DNA of 64,000 bases from Alphaproteobacteria bacterium (lineage in GTDB: Bacteria > Pseudomonadota > Alphaproteobacteria > Rs-D84), in contig JAFYXG010000011.1 in NCBI GenBank assembly GCA_017546265.1, positions 221 to 64,220 of the forward strand, in the 5' to 3' direction. Positions within the stretch are counted from its first letter, which is position 1. Every line of letters begins with the position of its first letter. Positions 1-8,527 of this stretch are shown here, one piece after another. A program made the position numbers and the translations under genes. The notes under the pieces are model-generated. The model was not told the DNA's origin and did not search any database. It saw only the letters and a program-made list of their open reading frames with translations.

Positions 1-1
1 C

Positions 2-184
2 ATAAATAATAATTCAGCACACGGCACAATAACTCAGACACAATCTACCCAGGACTATATTTGCGAGTACAAGCCATTAACCAAAAAGAATTGCAGTGCT
101 GCCAATTGCCCACGTATTATGACAGCATCAGCATGGGAAAACCTAAGCCGTCATTGTTTTTATCGTCAGATTCGCACCCGCTAG
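2..184 (+). CDS. 3' end of a CDS truncated by the window edge; product unknown
   Basis: Frame 2 is open from the window start to TAG 182-184 (...YICEYKPLTKKNCSAANCPRIM...RQIRTR) and is followed by terminator 228-250. No family recognised. Confidence 0.3.
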   Translation: MNNNSAHGTITQTQSTQDYICEYKPLTKKNCSAANCPRIMTASAWENLSRHCFYRQIRTR

Positions 185-227
185 TCCCCACCGCCCATAT
201 CACCCACAAAATTTTCAATTTTGCAGG

Positions 228-250
228 GCCCGATTTCGGGCGGTTTTTTT
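228..250 (+). terminator. Rho-independent terminator
   Basis: GCCCG-ATTT-CGGGC hairpin followed by GG and a T7 run. Confidence 0.6.
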
Positions 251-251
251 G

Positions 252-279
252 TTGTCAAATGACAAATACACGGTATAAT
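252..279 (+). promoter_or_regulatory. sigma70-like promoter for the SpoU/TrmH gene
   Basis: TTGTCA (252-257), 16-nt spacer, TATAAT (274-279), 27 nt upstream of ATG 307. Confidence 0.5.
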
Positions 280-306
280 ATCGCCAACCAAGCCCAAGGA
301 GTAATT

Positions 307-909
307 ATGCTATCTGGATTACGTGTCAAAGCAAACGCAGCCAAACGTGGCAGATGCAAGAATCTTATTGCTGTTCTTGAAAACCCTAGTGATCCAAAAA
401 ACATTGGGGCAGTTATTCGTAATATAAATGCCCTGGGGGTGGAAAAGTTATATATTGTCGATGAAAGAAATGTTGTTCCGGATGCCTGGGACGAAATCCG
501 TATGCGTAACACATTGCTTAAATCATCAGTCGGGGCGGTTAAGTGGACTTTTGTTAAAAAGTTTAAATCTACGATTGAGTGTATAGAACATTTGAACAAA
601 AATAAATATGTGTCGGTCGTCACATCGCCACATGTCAAAGGCAAAACAAACGTTATTTTGCAGAACGGTGATTTTACACAAAAACGTTTGGCTGTGTGGT
701 TTGGCAACGAAGCCACTGGAATCAGCGATACTGCCGTTGCGCATGCGGTGGCATGTGTCGCGATTGAAATGCATGGAATAATCGAAAGTTTTAACCTAGC
801 CGTATCAACCGGTATTGTTTTGTACGAAATAACCAAACAGCGTCGCGCATATCAATCAACACATACCCGCGGTCGTAAAAAGGATCCATCGGTCGTATCT
901 GAAAAATAA
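307..909 (+). CDS. SpoU/TrmH-family RNA 2'-O-methyltransferase
   Basis: ORF 61-909 trimmed to ATG 307 (AAGGA upstream; the longer version overlaps a terminator and promoter). SPOUT motifs NIGAVIRNINALG, GNEATGIS and ESFNLAVSTGIVLYE. Confidence 0.85.
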   Translation: MLSGLRVKANAAKRGRCKNLIAVLENPSDPKNIGAVIRNINALGVEKLYIVDERNVVPDAWDEIRMRNTLLKSSVGAVKWTFVKKFKSTIECIEHLNKNKYVSVVTSPHVKGKTNVILQNGDFTQKRLAVWFGNEATGISDTAVAHAVACVAIEMHGIIESFNLAVSTGIVLYEITKQRRAYQSTHTRGRKKDPSVVSEK

Positions 910-915
910 CCCCAC

Positions 916-936
916 CGCCCAATGGGCGTTTTTTTT
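916..936 (+). terminator. Rho-independent terminator
   Basis: CGCCC-AAT-GGGCG hairpin followed by a T8 run. Confidence 0.65.
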
Positions 937-998
937 CTTGCGTGCTGTGATTTATGTGATACCGTTATTTTAGTAAGAAAAAACAAAAGGGTTTCATA

Positions 999-1385
999 AT
1001 GCCAATAACACCGCTGTCTGGATTGTATTACAGTTCATTGGGGGCGATAAAGTCATACTGTCATGAAAATGGTGATGTATACATCACGCGTGGTGATGAG
1101 TATTATGTTGTGCACATTATCAAGCAGACCAGTCCCTACAGCGAGGAATATAAAACCCGCGGTCGCATGAATGTGATTGCCGCGACCGAGTTTTTTGACG
1201 TTGCATGTCGTTATTTGCGTGATGAAATCAAATGGACAGAACCCATTCGTACATTCAGTTGTAAATATAATCCAAATCGTTCCCGTGGATGCAGTTGTAA
1301 AAATTGTCCATCTGCATTGGGTGGGGCGGCATATTGGGAAATCTTTGCCCAGAATTGTCCGCACCGCAGAAATCGTGGCCGCTAG
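999..1385 (+). CDS. hypothetical protein (128 aa, Cys/Arg-rich C-terminus)
   Basis: ORF with ATG start after AAAAGGG. No recognised family. Its stop overlaps the stop of the convergent gene by 4 nt. Confidence 0.5.
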   Translation: MPITPLSGLYYSSLGAIKSYCHENGDVYITRGDEYYVVHIIKQTSPYSEEYKTRGRMNVIAATEFFDVACRYLRDEIKWTEPIRTFSCKYNPNRSRGCSCKNCPSALGGAAYWEIFAQNCPHRRNRGR

Positions 1386-1867
1386 ATATTGACCCCCAGG
1401 GTGTATTTTGCGACCTGGCCAATCAGGAAAGATATTATCGACACGCCCATACAAATGGCCAGCATTTCAATTGCGTGTCGCCAGAATTTGCGTCCATGAA
1501 TTTTACATATACACAAATTGCATCCCAGAATAATCAGCACCGTCAGAACCAGTGACATTCCCAACGCACGATATGTGTATGGTATAATAAAAAAGGGCAT
1601 AACCAAGAAAACACATGTTGCCACAAATGCTGCACCTGTGATTGCCCCGGCTCGCAGTGCATTTGAATTATCGTTTGTCTTTTCCGCCAGGTAATTAGAT
1701 GCCCCCATAGACAATCCTGCAGCCACAGATGCAATTACCACAGACAGTATAATCATACGTCTGTTCATATCTGCAAACGTTAATCCGCCAATCATTCCGA
1801 TTGTAGAAACCAGTGCGTCATGCATCCCCAGGACGATTGCGGCGGCGGCTGTATATTTTCGTGTCAT
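1382..1867 (-). CDS. VIT1/CCC1-family membrane protein (membrane domain only, tentative)
   Basis: ORF 1382-1924 trimmed to ATG 1867 (MTRKYTAAAAIVLGMHDALVSTIGMIGG...). Several hydrophobic helices and a resemblance to the VIT family. Confidence 0.6.
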   Translation of the reverse strand: MTRKYTAAAAIVLGMHDALVSTIGMIGGLTFADMNRRMIILSVVIASVAAGLSMGASNYLAEKTNDNSNALRAGAITGAAFVATCVFLVMPFFIIPYTYRALGMSLVLTVLIILGCNLCICKIHGRKFWRHAIEMLAICMGVSIISFLIGQVAKYTLGVNI

Positions 1868-1952
1868 GGCCGTGATGGTATCATCTTTGTTTTTTTGCCG
1901 CCACAGGACAAAAAACATAAACAAATTTGCTTTAATGTGCTATAATTGGTCT

Positions 1953-2861
1953 ATGAAAAAATTTAATCGTTCCAAGCACAAGAATATGGGGGCGTTACCC
2001 GGTGAATTACGTCAAATGGCGGGTGATGTTGATATTCGGGGTGCCACCCAAGAATTTAACGTGTTTATGACGGAATTGGCCATCGATTTTCACAGGCAAT
2101 TATTAAATGGAGCAAATAAAAATGAAATTCGGTTGGTTGCACCGCGGAAATTATTTGGTCATGATGTAAAATTGGACTATGTGGCATCTGGGTCGATGGG
2201 GTCGGTCTACAGGATGCAGATTGGCAATCATGCATTTGCGTTCAAGATAAATCGTAATTCATCACATGGCGAATTGTCTGCCATGGCATTACAGAAACGT
2301 GCACGCAATTTGGCAAATCCAGTTCATATTGGTGCTGTTTTTGAATTCAATGAACGTAAATATTCGTGGGTTGTATCTGATTTTATTGAAAACGACCACA
2401 TTAACAGTTTTGACAAGGCCATGGAAAAATTATATTTCGCATATATTACCAAGGGGTTAAGTATTTCAGATTCTCATCCTGGTAATTTTATGGGGGGAAA
2501 GCTGATTGACACACCGACCCTGTCCATGCGTAAGAACCGGGTTGATGATATTGCACAACTTACCCGTCTGGAACTGGATATTGTGAAAAAGATGGCGAAT
2601 TGCATAAAACGCGATGATATGACTTGCTTTGAACAGTTGGTAAATCGCAGTGTTTCGGATAATCCCTCGGTAATAAAATATATGTTTTATGCGATGCTGT
2701 ACGCCAAGCCGCCTGTTTCTGCGACTGGCCATACCAATTCATTTCTTGAAAAATTGTCCCGATATGAACGGGTAATGCGTTCTGCCTGGCATCAGATTGG
2801 TGGCCGCAGTGCGGGATATTCTGCGATTACGAAAAAAATTGTATCTGGAAATAATAAGTAA
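1953..2861 (+). CDS. protein-kinase-fold protein (APH/ABC1-like), function unknown
   Basis: ORF 1866-2861 trimmed to ATG 1953 (MKKFNRSKHK). Gly-rich loop GSMGSVY, AFKI lysine, catalytic-loop-like SDSHPGNF, then LIDT. Extended -10 TGCTATAAT lies at 1938-1946. Confidence 0.65.
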   Translation: MKKFNRSKHKNMGALPGELRQMAGDVDIRGATQEFNVFMTELAIDFHRQLLNGANKNEIRLVAPRKLFGHDVKLDYVASGSMGSVYRMQIGNHAFAFKINRNSSHGELSAMALQKRARNLANPVHIGAVFEFNERKYSWVVSDFIENDHINSFDKAMEKLYFAYITKGLSISDSHPGNFMGGKLIDTPTLSMRKNRVDDIAQLTRLELDIVKKMANCIKRDDMTCFEQLVNRSVSDNPSVIKYMFYAMLYAKPPVSATGHTNSFLEKLSRYERVMRSAWHQIGGRSAGYSAITKKIVSGNNK

Positions 2862-2933
2862 ACTTTCTTGTTGACACTTGTTTAATTTTGTATAAAATAA
2901 ATCTCCCAACTTAAAAAATACAAAGGCAATAAA

Positions 2934-3173
2934 ATGTCAGTAGGCAAAGAGTTAAACAGATTTGAATATAAATATTCGCACGTTGTATTGTGTGCGGTTG
3001 AAAATAGTTATGTTGTATCCGCGGCTCAGCGTATTCACATGGGCGTTGTATTAAAGGCGAATTCTACACATGATGATTATGCAGATGCATTGCGGCAATA
3101 TAATTCGCATTGCGAAACAATTCGTAATCATCGCCACTGTACTGGTGCAGTATGGGAATTAAAATGCCGTTAA
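2934..3173 (+). CDS. hypothetical protein (79 aa)
   Basis: ORF with AAAGGCAATAAAATG context, followed by a strong terminator at 3181-3203. Confidence 0.5.
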   Translation: MSVGKELNRFEYKYSHVVLCAVENSYVVSAAQRIHMGVVLKANSTHDDYADALRQYNSHCETIRNHRHCTGAVWELKCR

Positions 3174-3180
3174 AATTCAA

Positions 3181-3203
3181 CACCCGATTACGGGTGTTTT
3201 TTT
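3181..3203 (+). terminator. Rho-independent terminator
   Basis: CACCCG-ATTA-CGGGTG hairpin followed by a T7 run. Confidence 0.7.
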
Positions 3204-3271
3204 ATGTTGCATTTATCATTCATACTTTGTTAAAGTAAACACGGACCAGGGTCCAGAAAGGAGAAAATTTA

Positions 3272-3309
3272 CACACCACATTGTTGTTATCCGTGTGGTG
3301 TGTTTTTTT
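3272..3309 (+). terminator. second (orphan) Rho-independent terminator
   Basis: 9-bp stem CACACCACA/TGTGGTGTG, 13-nt loop and a T7 run. No CDS lies between it and the previous terminator. Confidence 0.55.
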
Positions 3310-3391
3310 ATTGTGCAAAATAAAAAGTATTGACGTTTGTGAATATATTCACTAATCTTAACCCACGAAGGGTAAAAGGTTTTTTATTATC

Positions 3392-4015
3392 ATGACATCG
3401 ACAGTTTCGAACAGTACCGCAGAATGTCAGTTTTTAATAGAAATTGCATGTTTATTGCAACGCAGCGATTTATCAAAACTGGATTTGCACACAATAAACG
3501 GCCCCCGGAAACATCACAGAACACACAGCGTTTTGATAGATAATTACGAGATTTCCATTTCGCGAACACCCGTGTTTGGTTATGACACAATGTTGCACCA
3601 GTTGTTTCATTTTGGGGGATGGATATTTCTGGGGCATCGCTTCGAGCGGTACGAGATTTGTATCACAGAAAACATGTACAATCTTCGCATGGCCGAGGTT
3701 CCCTATTCAAATATTTTGCGAACTGGGTGTAATGTGATAATGCATCATGGGACTATGGCTAGTGATATGGGGTATTATCGTGCAAATTCGTATCAAAGGC
3801 GTGGTCTGACATCTGCTCAGCAATATGACCTGTACCGGTCGACAAACTATCCGCTGTTTGAACCATGTCGTGACATCTTTACGTTGCTGGATTGTGAAAG
3901 TTCACGCCGCAGATTGTCTTTGCCACAGCACGAGTTGTCGGGTGTATCAGACATAAATTCTGTGCGCAATAAAATGCTGCTGCACGTTGAAAATAAACTG
4001 TTAAAAAACAAATAA
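3392..4015 (+). CDS. hypothetical protein, tandem paralog 1 (207 aa)
   Basis: Shares SDLSKLDL, DNYEI.I.RTPV, ERYE, YGTMAS/HGTMAS and GYY blocks with the next gene. Possible promoter TTGACG-17-TAATCT at 3331-3359. Confidence 0.6.
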   Translation: MTSTVSNSTAECQFLIEIACLLQRSDLSKLDLHTINGPRKHHRTHSVLIDNYEISISRTPVFGYDTMLHQLFHFGGWIFLGHRFERYEICITENMYNLRMAEVPYSNILRTGCNVIMHHGTMASDMGYYRANSYQRRGLTSAQQYDLYRSTNYPLFEPCRDIFTLLDCESSRRRLSLPQHELSGVSDINSVRNKMLLHVENKLLKNK

Positions 4016-4077
4016 CAGTTTGACAATTTTCAAAAGTGGTCTATTATTTAACGTGTAAAATAAACAATGGTAGATTT

Positions 4078-4710
4078 ATGGCAAAGAAACAAATCAGTCA
4101 ATTGACACCTGCGGACCAATCGCGTCAGGAATTTATGACCAGTTTGGTCAATATACTGGCTCACAGTGATTTATCAAAATTGGATTTAAGTACATTTGTA
4201 GGTGAACATAACGCATACAGTGCGCTGGTTGATAACTATGAAATCAACATAGGTCGCACACCGGTTTATGCGTATCCAAAATCATGGAACCGCGTATTAT
4301 GCTGGGGTCGATGGGATTTTGAACCTGGCATTCATGAGCGGTACGAAGTAAGAATTTTTGAAAACCCCAAAGATATGCGCCTGCGTAAATATGTTCGTAT
4401 TTTTGGTCGTGAAAACGTGAATTTTAACACAGTTATGGAATATGGCACTATGGCATCTGGGGACGGTTATTATCTGTGTACTCGTTATGAACGTGATATG
4501 GTCACGGATGCGGACGACATGTTTTATAAACAGAACAAACATTTATTTGTTCCAACAAAACAGTTGTATAACATTTTAGATTCTGAATACAACCGCCGTG
4601 CGGCCAACGCAACGGATTATAAATTATCTGATGCCAACGATAAAAACGCTATATACGAGAAAATATTGCACACTGTGCGTAACAAATTTTTGAAAGTAAA
4701 AGCGAAATAA
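4078..4710 (+). CDS. hypothetical protein, tandem paralog 2 (210 aa)
   Basis: ORF 4036-4710 trimmed to ATG 4078 (MAKKQISQL). Paralogous to 3392-4015. Confidence 0.65.
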   Translation: MAKKQISQLTPADQSRQEFMTSLVNILAHSDLSKLDLSTFVGEHNAYSALVDNYEINIGRTPVYAYPKSWNRVLCWGRWDFEPGIHERYEVRIFENPKDMRLRKYVRIFGRENVNFNTVMEYGTMASGDGYYLCTRYERDMVTDADDMFYKQNKHLFVPTKQLYNILDSEYNRRAANATDYKLSDANDKNAIYEKILHTVRNKFLKVKAK

Positions 4711-4716
4711 TTATCA

Positions 4717-4742
4717 CCGCCCAGAAGGGCGGATTTTATTTG
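4717..4742 (+). terminator. Rho-independent terminator
   Basis: CCGCCC-AGAA-GGGCGG hairpin followed by ATTTTATTT. Confidence 0.6.
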
Positions 4743-4795
4743 CATTACTGTGTGAAAATATTCTATTCTGTGTCGGCACAGCAAATGGGGGAAAA

Positions 4796-5689
4796 ATGAC
4801 ACCAGAATTTGAACAGAAATTATTATCCATGCGGCCACAAACGCCACGTACAGTTGCATTGGCATGTGCGACTGATGCGAATGCACTTCATTCATTGGTT
4901 GCTGCACATAATATGGGGTTTGTGAATGTGATATTGTGTGGGGATACGGGCGAAATAAAATCAGTTGCAGAAAAAAATAACCTGGATGTATCTGCTTTTC
5001 AAATAACCCAGTGTGATGATGAATTGTCTGCGGCAAATACGGCGGTGTCGCTGGTGCGTAATGGTGACGCACACATTTTGATGAAGGGCCAAATTCATAC
5101 TGCGGATATTCTGCGTGCGGTATTAAATCGTGAAACCGGAATTCGCGGGTCTGGCATATTATCGCATATAGCAGTTGTGTATTCACCGACCTTTAATCGA
5201 ACATTGTTTATGACGGATATCGCGATGGTTATGTATCCGACATTGGAACAAAAGGTTGGACTGATTAAGAACGCGGTATCGTTTGCACGGCACATGGGGG
5301 TTAAAAATCCGCGAGTAGCACCACTTTGTGCGGTTGAAACATTGAATCCTGCGATGCCCGCGACTGTTGATGCTGCGGCATTACATGAAATGAATATTCG
5401 TGGTGAAATAGCGGATTGTGTTATTTCTGGGCCGATTGCGATGGATATAGCGGTGTCGAAAACTGCGGCCCAGGCCAAGGGTATAACAACCCCGATTTCG
5501 GGTGATGCAGACATTTTGCTGTTTCCTAATATCGAGTCTGGCAACATCACGATTAAGGCGATGGTGAATCTGGGTGATTGGATGTTTGGTGGTGTGATTT
5601 TGGGTGCATCTGCCCCGATAGTGATAAATTCACGTTCTGATTCCGAAGTATCTAAACTATTTTCGATTTGTTGTGCCTGCACAATGTAA
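4796..5689 (+). CDS. phosphate acetyl/butyryltransferase (PTA_PTB family, Ptb-sized)
   Basis: 297 aa with GGGGGA RBS. Family-like blocks HILMKGQIHT, LFMTDIAMV, DADILLFPNIESGNI and NSRSDS. Confidence 0.8.
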   Translation: MTPEFEQKLLSMRPQTPRTVALACATDANALHSLVAAHNMGFVNVILCGDTGEIKSVAEKNNLDVSAFQITQCDDELSAANTAVSLVRNGDAHILMKGQIHTADILRAVLNRETGIRGSGILSHIAVVYSPTFNRTLFMTDIAMVMYPTLEQKVGLIKNAVSFARHMGVKNPRVAPLCAVETLNPAMPATVDAAALHEMNIRGEIADCVISGPIAMDIAVSKTAAQAKGITTPISGDADILLFPNIESGNITIKAMVNLGDWMFGGVILGASAPIVINSRSDSEVSKLFSICCACTM

Positions 5690-5691
5690 AA

Positions 5692-5716
5692 AATCGGTTT
5701 TCGAACCGATTTTTTT
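5692..5716 (+). terminator. Rho-independent terminator
   Basis: ATCGGTT-TTCG-AACCGAT hairpin followed by a T7 run. Confidence 0.65.
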
Positions 5717-5781
5717 CTTGCAATTATGTTGACCATGCCCCACAATCTTTTGGCCTTAAATTTTTATTAAAAGGAGAACTT

Positions 5782-8442
5782 ATGAGCAACAAATGGGTAT
5801 ATACCTTTGGCAACGGTCAGGCCGAAGGTCAGGCAGACATGAAAAATCTGCTGGGTGGCAAAGGTGCAAATTTGGCCGAAATGAATTTGGTTGGTTTGCC
5901 AGTTCCTGCGGGGTTTACGGTAACGACTGATGTGTGTAAGTACTACTATGACAACAATCAAACATATCCCGCTGATTTAATGGACCAGGTACGTGCAGGT
6001 ATTGCACACGTAGAATCCATTATGGGCAAGAAATTTGCGGACATGGAAAATCCCTTATTGGTATCTGTACGTTCTGGTGCTCGCGTATCTATGCCCGGTA
6101 TGATGGACACAGTATTGAATTTGGGTTTGAACGATGAAACTGTGTGTGCATTGGCGAAGATTTCTGGCAACGAAAGATTTGCATACGATTCATATCGCCG
6201 CTTTATCATGATGTTCAGCGAAGTTGTTATGGGTGCAGATATCGACCTGTTCGAACACACACTGGAACGCATGAAGGAAGATCGTGGCTACAAACTGGAC
6301 ACAGAATTGACTGCTGATGATTTAAAAGAACTGGTTGAAAAGTTCAAAGAAATCGGTGTTAAGATTGGCAAAGTATTCCCACAAGACCCATGGAAGCAGT
6401 TGGAAATGGGTATCGGTGCGGTGTTCGGCTCTTGGATGAGCAAAAAGGCCATTACATATCGCAAACTGAACAATATCCCTGCTGATTGGGGTACTGCAGT
6501 TAACGTCCAGGCAATGGTATTTGGTAATTCTGGTGATGATTCTGCAACTGGTGTATGTTTCAGTCGTGACCCAGCAACTGGTGAAAACAAGTATTATGGA
6601 GAATACTTGATTAACGCCCAGGGTGAAGACGTTGTTGCGGGTATTCGCACACCTCAGCCTATGAGCAAAGATGATTCAGGACGTCTGTCATTAGAGGAAG
6701 CGATGCCATCGGTTTATGCTGAACTGTGTGATGTACGTGAAAAATTGGAAAAGCATTATAAGGACATGCAGGACATGGAATTCACAATTGAACATGGAAA
6801 ATTGTGGATGTTGCAGTGCCGCAATGGAAAACGCACAGCGGCTGCGGCGGTTCGCATGGCTGTTGAAATGGTAAACGAAGGCCTGCTGACCAAGGAAGAG
6901 GCGATTTTGCGTGTTGGTGCGGACCAACTTGACCACTTGTTGCACCCGATGTTGGATCCACGTGCAGAAAAGAAAGTTATTGCAACAGGCTTGCCTGCAT
7001 CCCCAGGTGCAGCAGTTGGCCAGGCAGTATTTAATGCCGAAGACGCAGAAAAATGGGCAGCCGCCGGTAAAAAGGTTATGTTGATTCGTATTGAAACATC
7101 ACCCGAAGATATCGCTGGTATGAATGCGGCCCAGGGTGTTATTACGGCTCGTGGTGGTATGACATCACATGCGGCTGTGGTTGCACGTGGTATGGGTACA
7201 CCATGCGTATCAGGTTCGCCTGACATCAAAATTGACTATGAATCAAAAACATTGAAAACAACATCAGGTGTTGTTATCAACGAAGGTGATTGGATTTCCA
7301 TTGACGGTGCCAAAGGTCAGATTATCGAAGGTAAAATCCCAACAGTATCTGTGGAATTGACTGGTAATTTTGGTACATTGATGGAATGGGTTGACCAGAT
7401 TAAAACATTGACAGTCAAGGCAAACGCTGAAACACCAAAAGACGCGAAACAGGCACGTGATTTCGGTGCCGAAGGTATCGGGTTGGCACGTACAGAACAT
7501 ATGTTCTTTGACCCATCACGTATCCAGGATATGCGCGAAATGATTTTGGCCGAAGACGAAGCGGGTCGCCGTGCTGCATTGGCAAAACTGTTGCCATACC
7601 AGCGTGCTGACTTTGTAGAACTGTTCAAGATTATGGATGGTCTGCCGGTTACAATTCGTTTGATTGACCCACCGTTACATGAATTCTTGCCACACACTGA
7701 TGCAGAAATCGAAGAATTGGCTGCACATATTGGCAAATCTGTTGAATTCATCAAAATGCGTGCGGAACAGTTGCATGAACAGAATCCAATGTTGGGTCAT
7801 CGTGGTTGTCGTTTGGCGATTACATACCCAGAAATCTGTGAAATGCAGACACGTGCGATTTTGTCTGCCGCATTGGAAGTTAAAAAGGCAGGTATCCGCG
7901 TATTCCCAGAAATCGAAGTACCATTGGTTGGCTCGAAAAAAGAAGTTGATATTGTCAAGGCAGTTATTGACGCCACGGCTCAATCATTGTTTGCAGAAAC
8001 GGGTGAATCTGTTGAATACACAGTTGGTTCAATGATTGAATTACCACGTGCGGCTGTTTTGGCGAATGAAATCGCGGAAAGTTGTGAATTCTTTGAATTC
8101 GGCACAAACGACTTGACCCAGACAACATTGGGTATGTCCCGTGACGACACTGCCAAGATTTTGGATGAATACCGTGCACGTGGTGTTTATGTTGCTGATC
8201 CATTTGCATCTGTTGACCAGGCCGGTGTTGGTCTGTTGATTAAAGATGCTGTGAAAAAGGCACGTGATACCAAGGGCGAACATATCCATTTGGGTGTATG
8301 TGGTGAACACGGTGGAGATCCAGAATCCATTATGTTCTTCCACCAGTGTGGATTTAATTCCGTATCCTGTTCACCGTTCCGCGTGCCAATTGCACGTTTG
8401 GCGGCGGCCCAGGCGGCTGTTCGGTTCCCTAAAAAGAACTAA
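5782..8442 (+). CDS. ppdK: pyruvate, phosphate dikinase
   Basis: ORF trimmed to ATG 5782 (AAGGAG RBS; MSNKWVYTFGNG...). Motifs GGKGANLAEM, the phospho-His block RGGMTSHAAVVARGMG, and LGVCGEHGGDP. Confidence 0.95.
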   Translation: MSNKWVYTFGNGQAEGQADMKNLLGGKGANLAEMNLVGLPVPAGFTVTTDVCKYYYDNNQTYPADLMDQVRAGIAHVESIMGKKFADMENPLLVSVRSGARVSMPGMMDTVLNLGLNDETVCALAKISGNERFAYDSYRRFIMMFSEVVMGADIDLFEHTLERMKEDRGYKLDTELTADDLKELVEKFKEIGVKIGKVFPQDPWKQLEMGIGAVFGSWMSKKAITYRKLNNIPADWGTAVNVQAMVFGNSGDDSATGVCFSRDPATGENKYYGEYLINAQGEDVVAGIRTPQPMSKDDSGRLSLEEAMPSVYAELCDVREKLEKHYKDMQDMEFTIEHGKLWMLQCRNGKRTAAAAVRMAVEMVNEGLLTKEEAILRVGADQLDHLLHPMLDPRAEKKVIATGLPASPGAAVGQAVFNAEDAEKWAAAGKKVMLIRIETSPEDIAGMNAAQGVITARGGMTSHAAVVARGMGTPCVSGSPDIKIDYESKTLKTTSGVVINEGDWISIDGAKGQIIEGKIPTVSVELTGNFGTLMEWVDQIKTLTVKANAETPKDAKQARDFGAEGIGLARTEHMFFDPSRIQDMREMILAEDEAGRRAALAKLLPYQRADFVELFKIMDGLPVTIRLIDPPLHEFLPHTDAEIEELAAHIGKSVEFIKMRAEQLHEQNPMLGHRGCRLAITYPEICEMQTRAILSAALEVKKAGIRVFPEIEVPLVGSKKEVDIVKAVIDATAQSLFAETGESVEYTVGSMIELPRAAVLANEIAESCEFFEFGTNDLTQTTLGMSRDDTAKILDEYRARGVYVADPFASVDQAGVGLLIKDAVKKARDTKGEHIHLGVCGEHGGDPESIMFFHQCGFNSVSCSPFRVPIARLAAAQAAVRFPKKN

Positions 8443-8445
8443 CGC

Positions 8446-8476
8446 AAAATCCCCCAAAAAAATGGGGGATTTTTTT
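8446..8476 (+). terminator. Rho-independent terminator
   Basis: AAAATCCCCC / GGGGGATTTT hairpin followed by a T run. Confidence 0.7.
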
Positions 8477-8527
8477 ATAACTAAATAATTGCAAAGCGGG
8501 CTTTTTTAGCATAAAATATTATATATT

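Noticed and set aside
61-306. 5' extension of the SpoU/TrmH ORF (TTG 61 start, 82 extra aa)
   Set aside because: The extension runs through a terminator hairpin (228-250) and a promoter-like element (252-279). It looks non-protein-like. ATG 307 has an SD and matches the family N-terminus.
255-836. 193-aa antisense ORF opposite the methyltransferase gene (also 526-774)
   Set aside because: It is a shadow ORF of a gene with clear family motifs. It has no RBS and no recognisable protein features.
5095-5745. 216-aa minus-strand ORF opposite the PTA_PTB gene
   Set aside because: It is fully antisense to a well-supported CDS and has a low-complexity translation. It is a typical shadow ORF.
6756-7754. 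Several 100-157-aa minus-strand ORFs inside ppdK
   Set aside because: They are antisense to ppdK, which is unambiguous. No independent signals support them.
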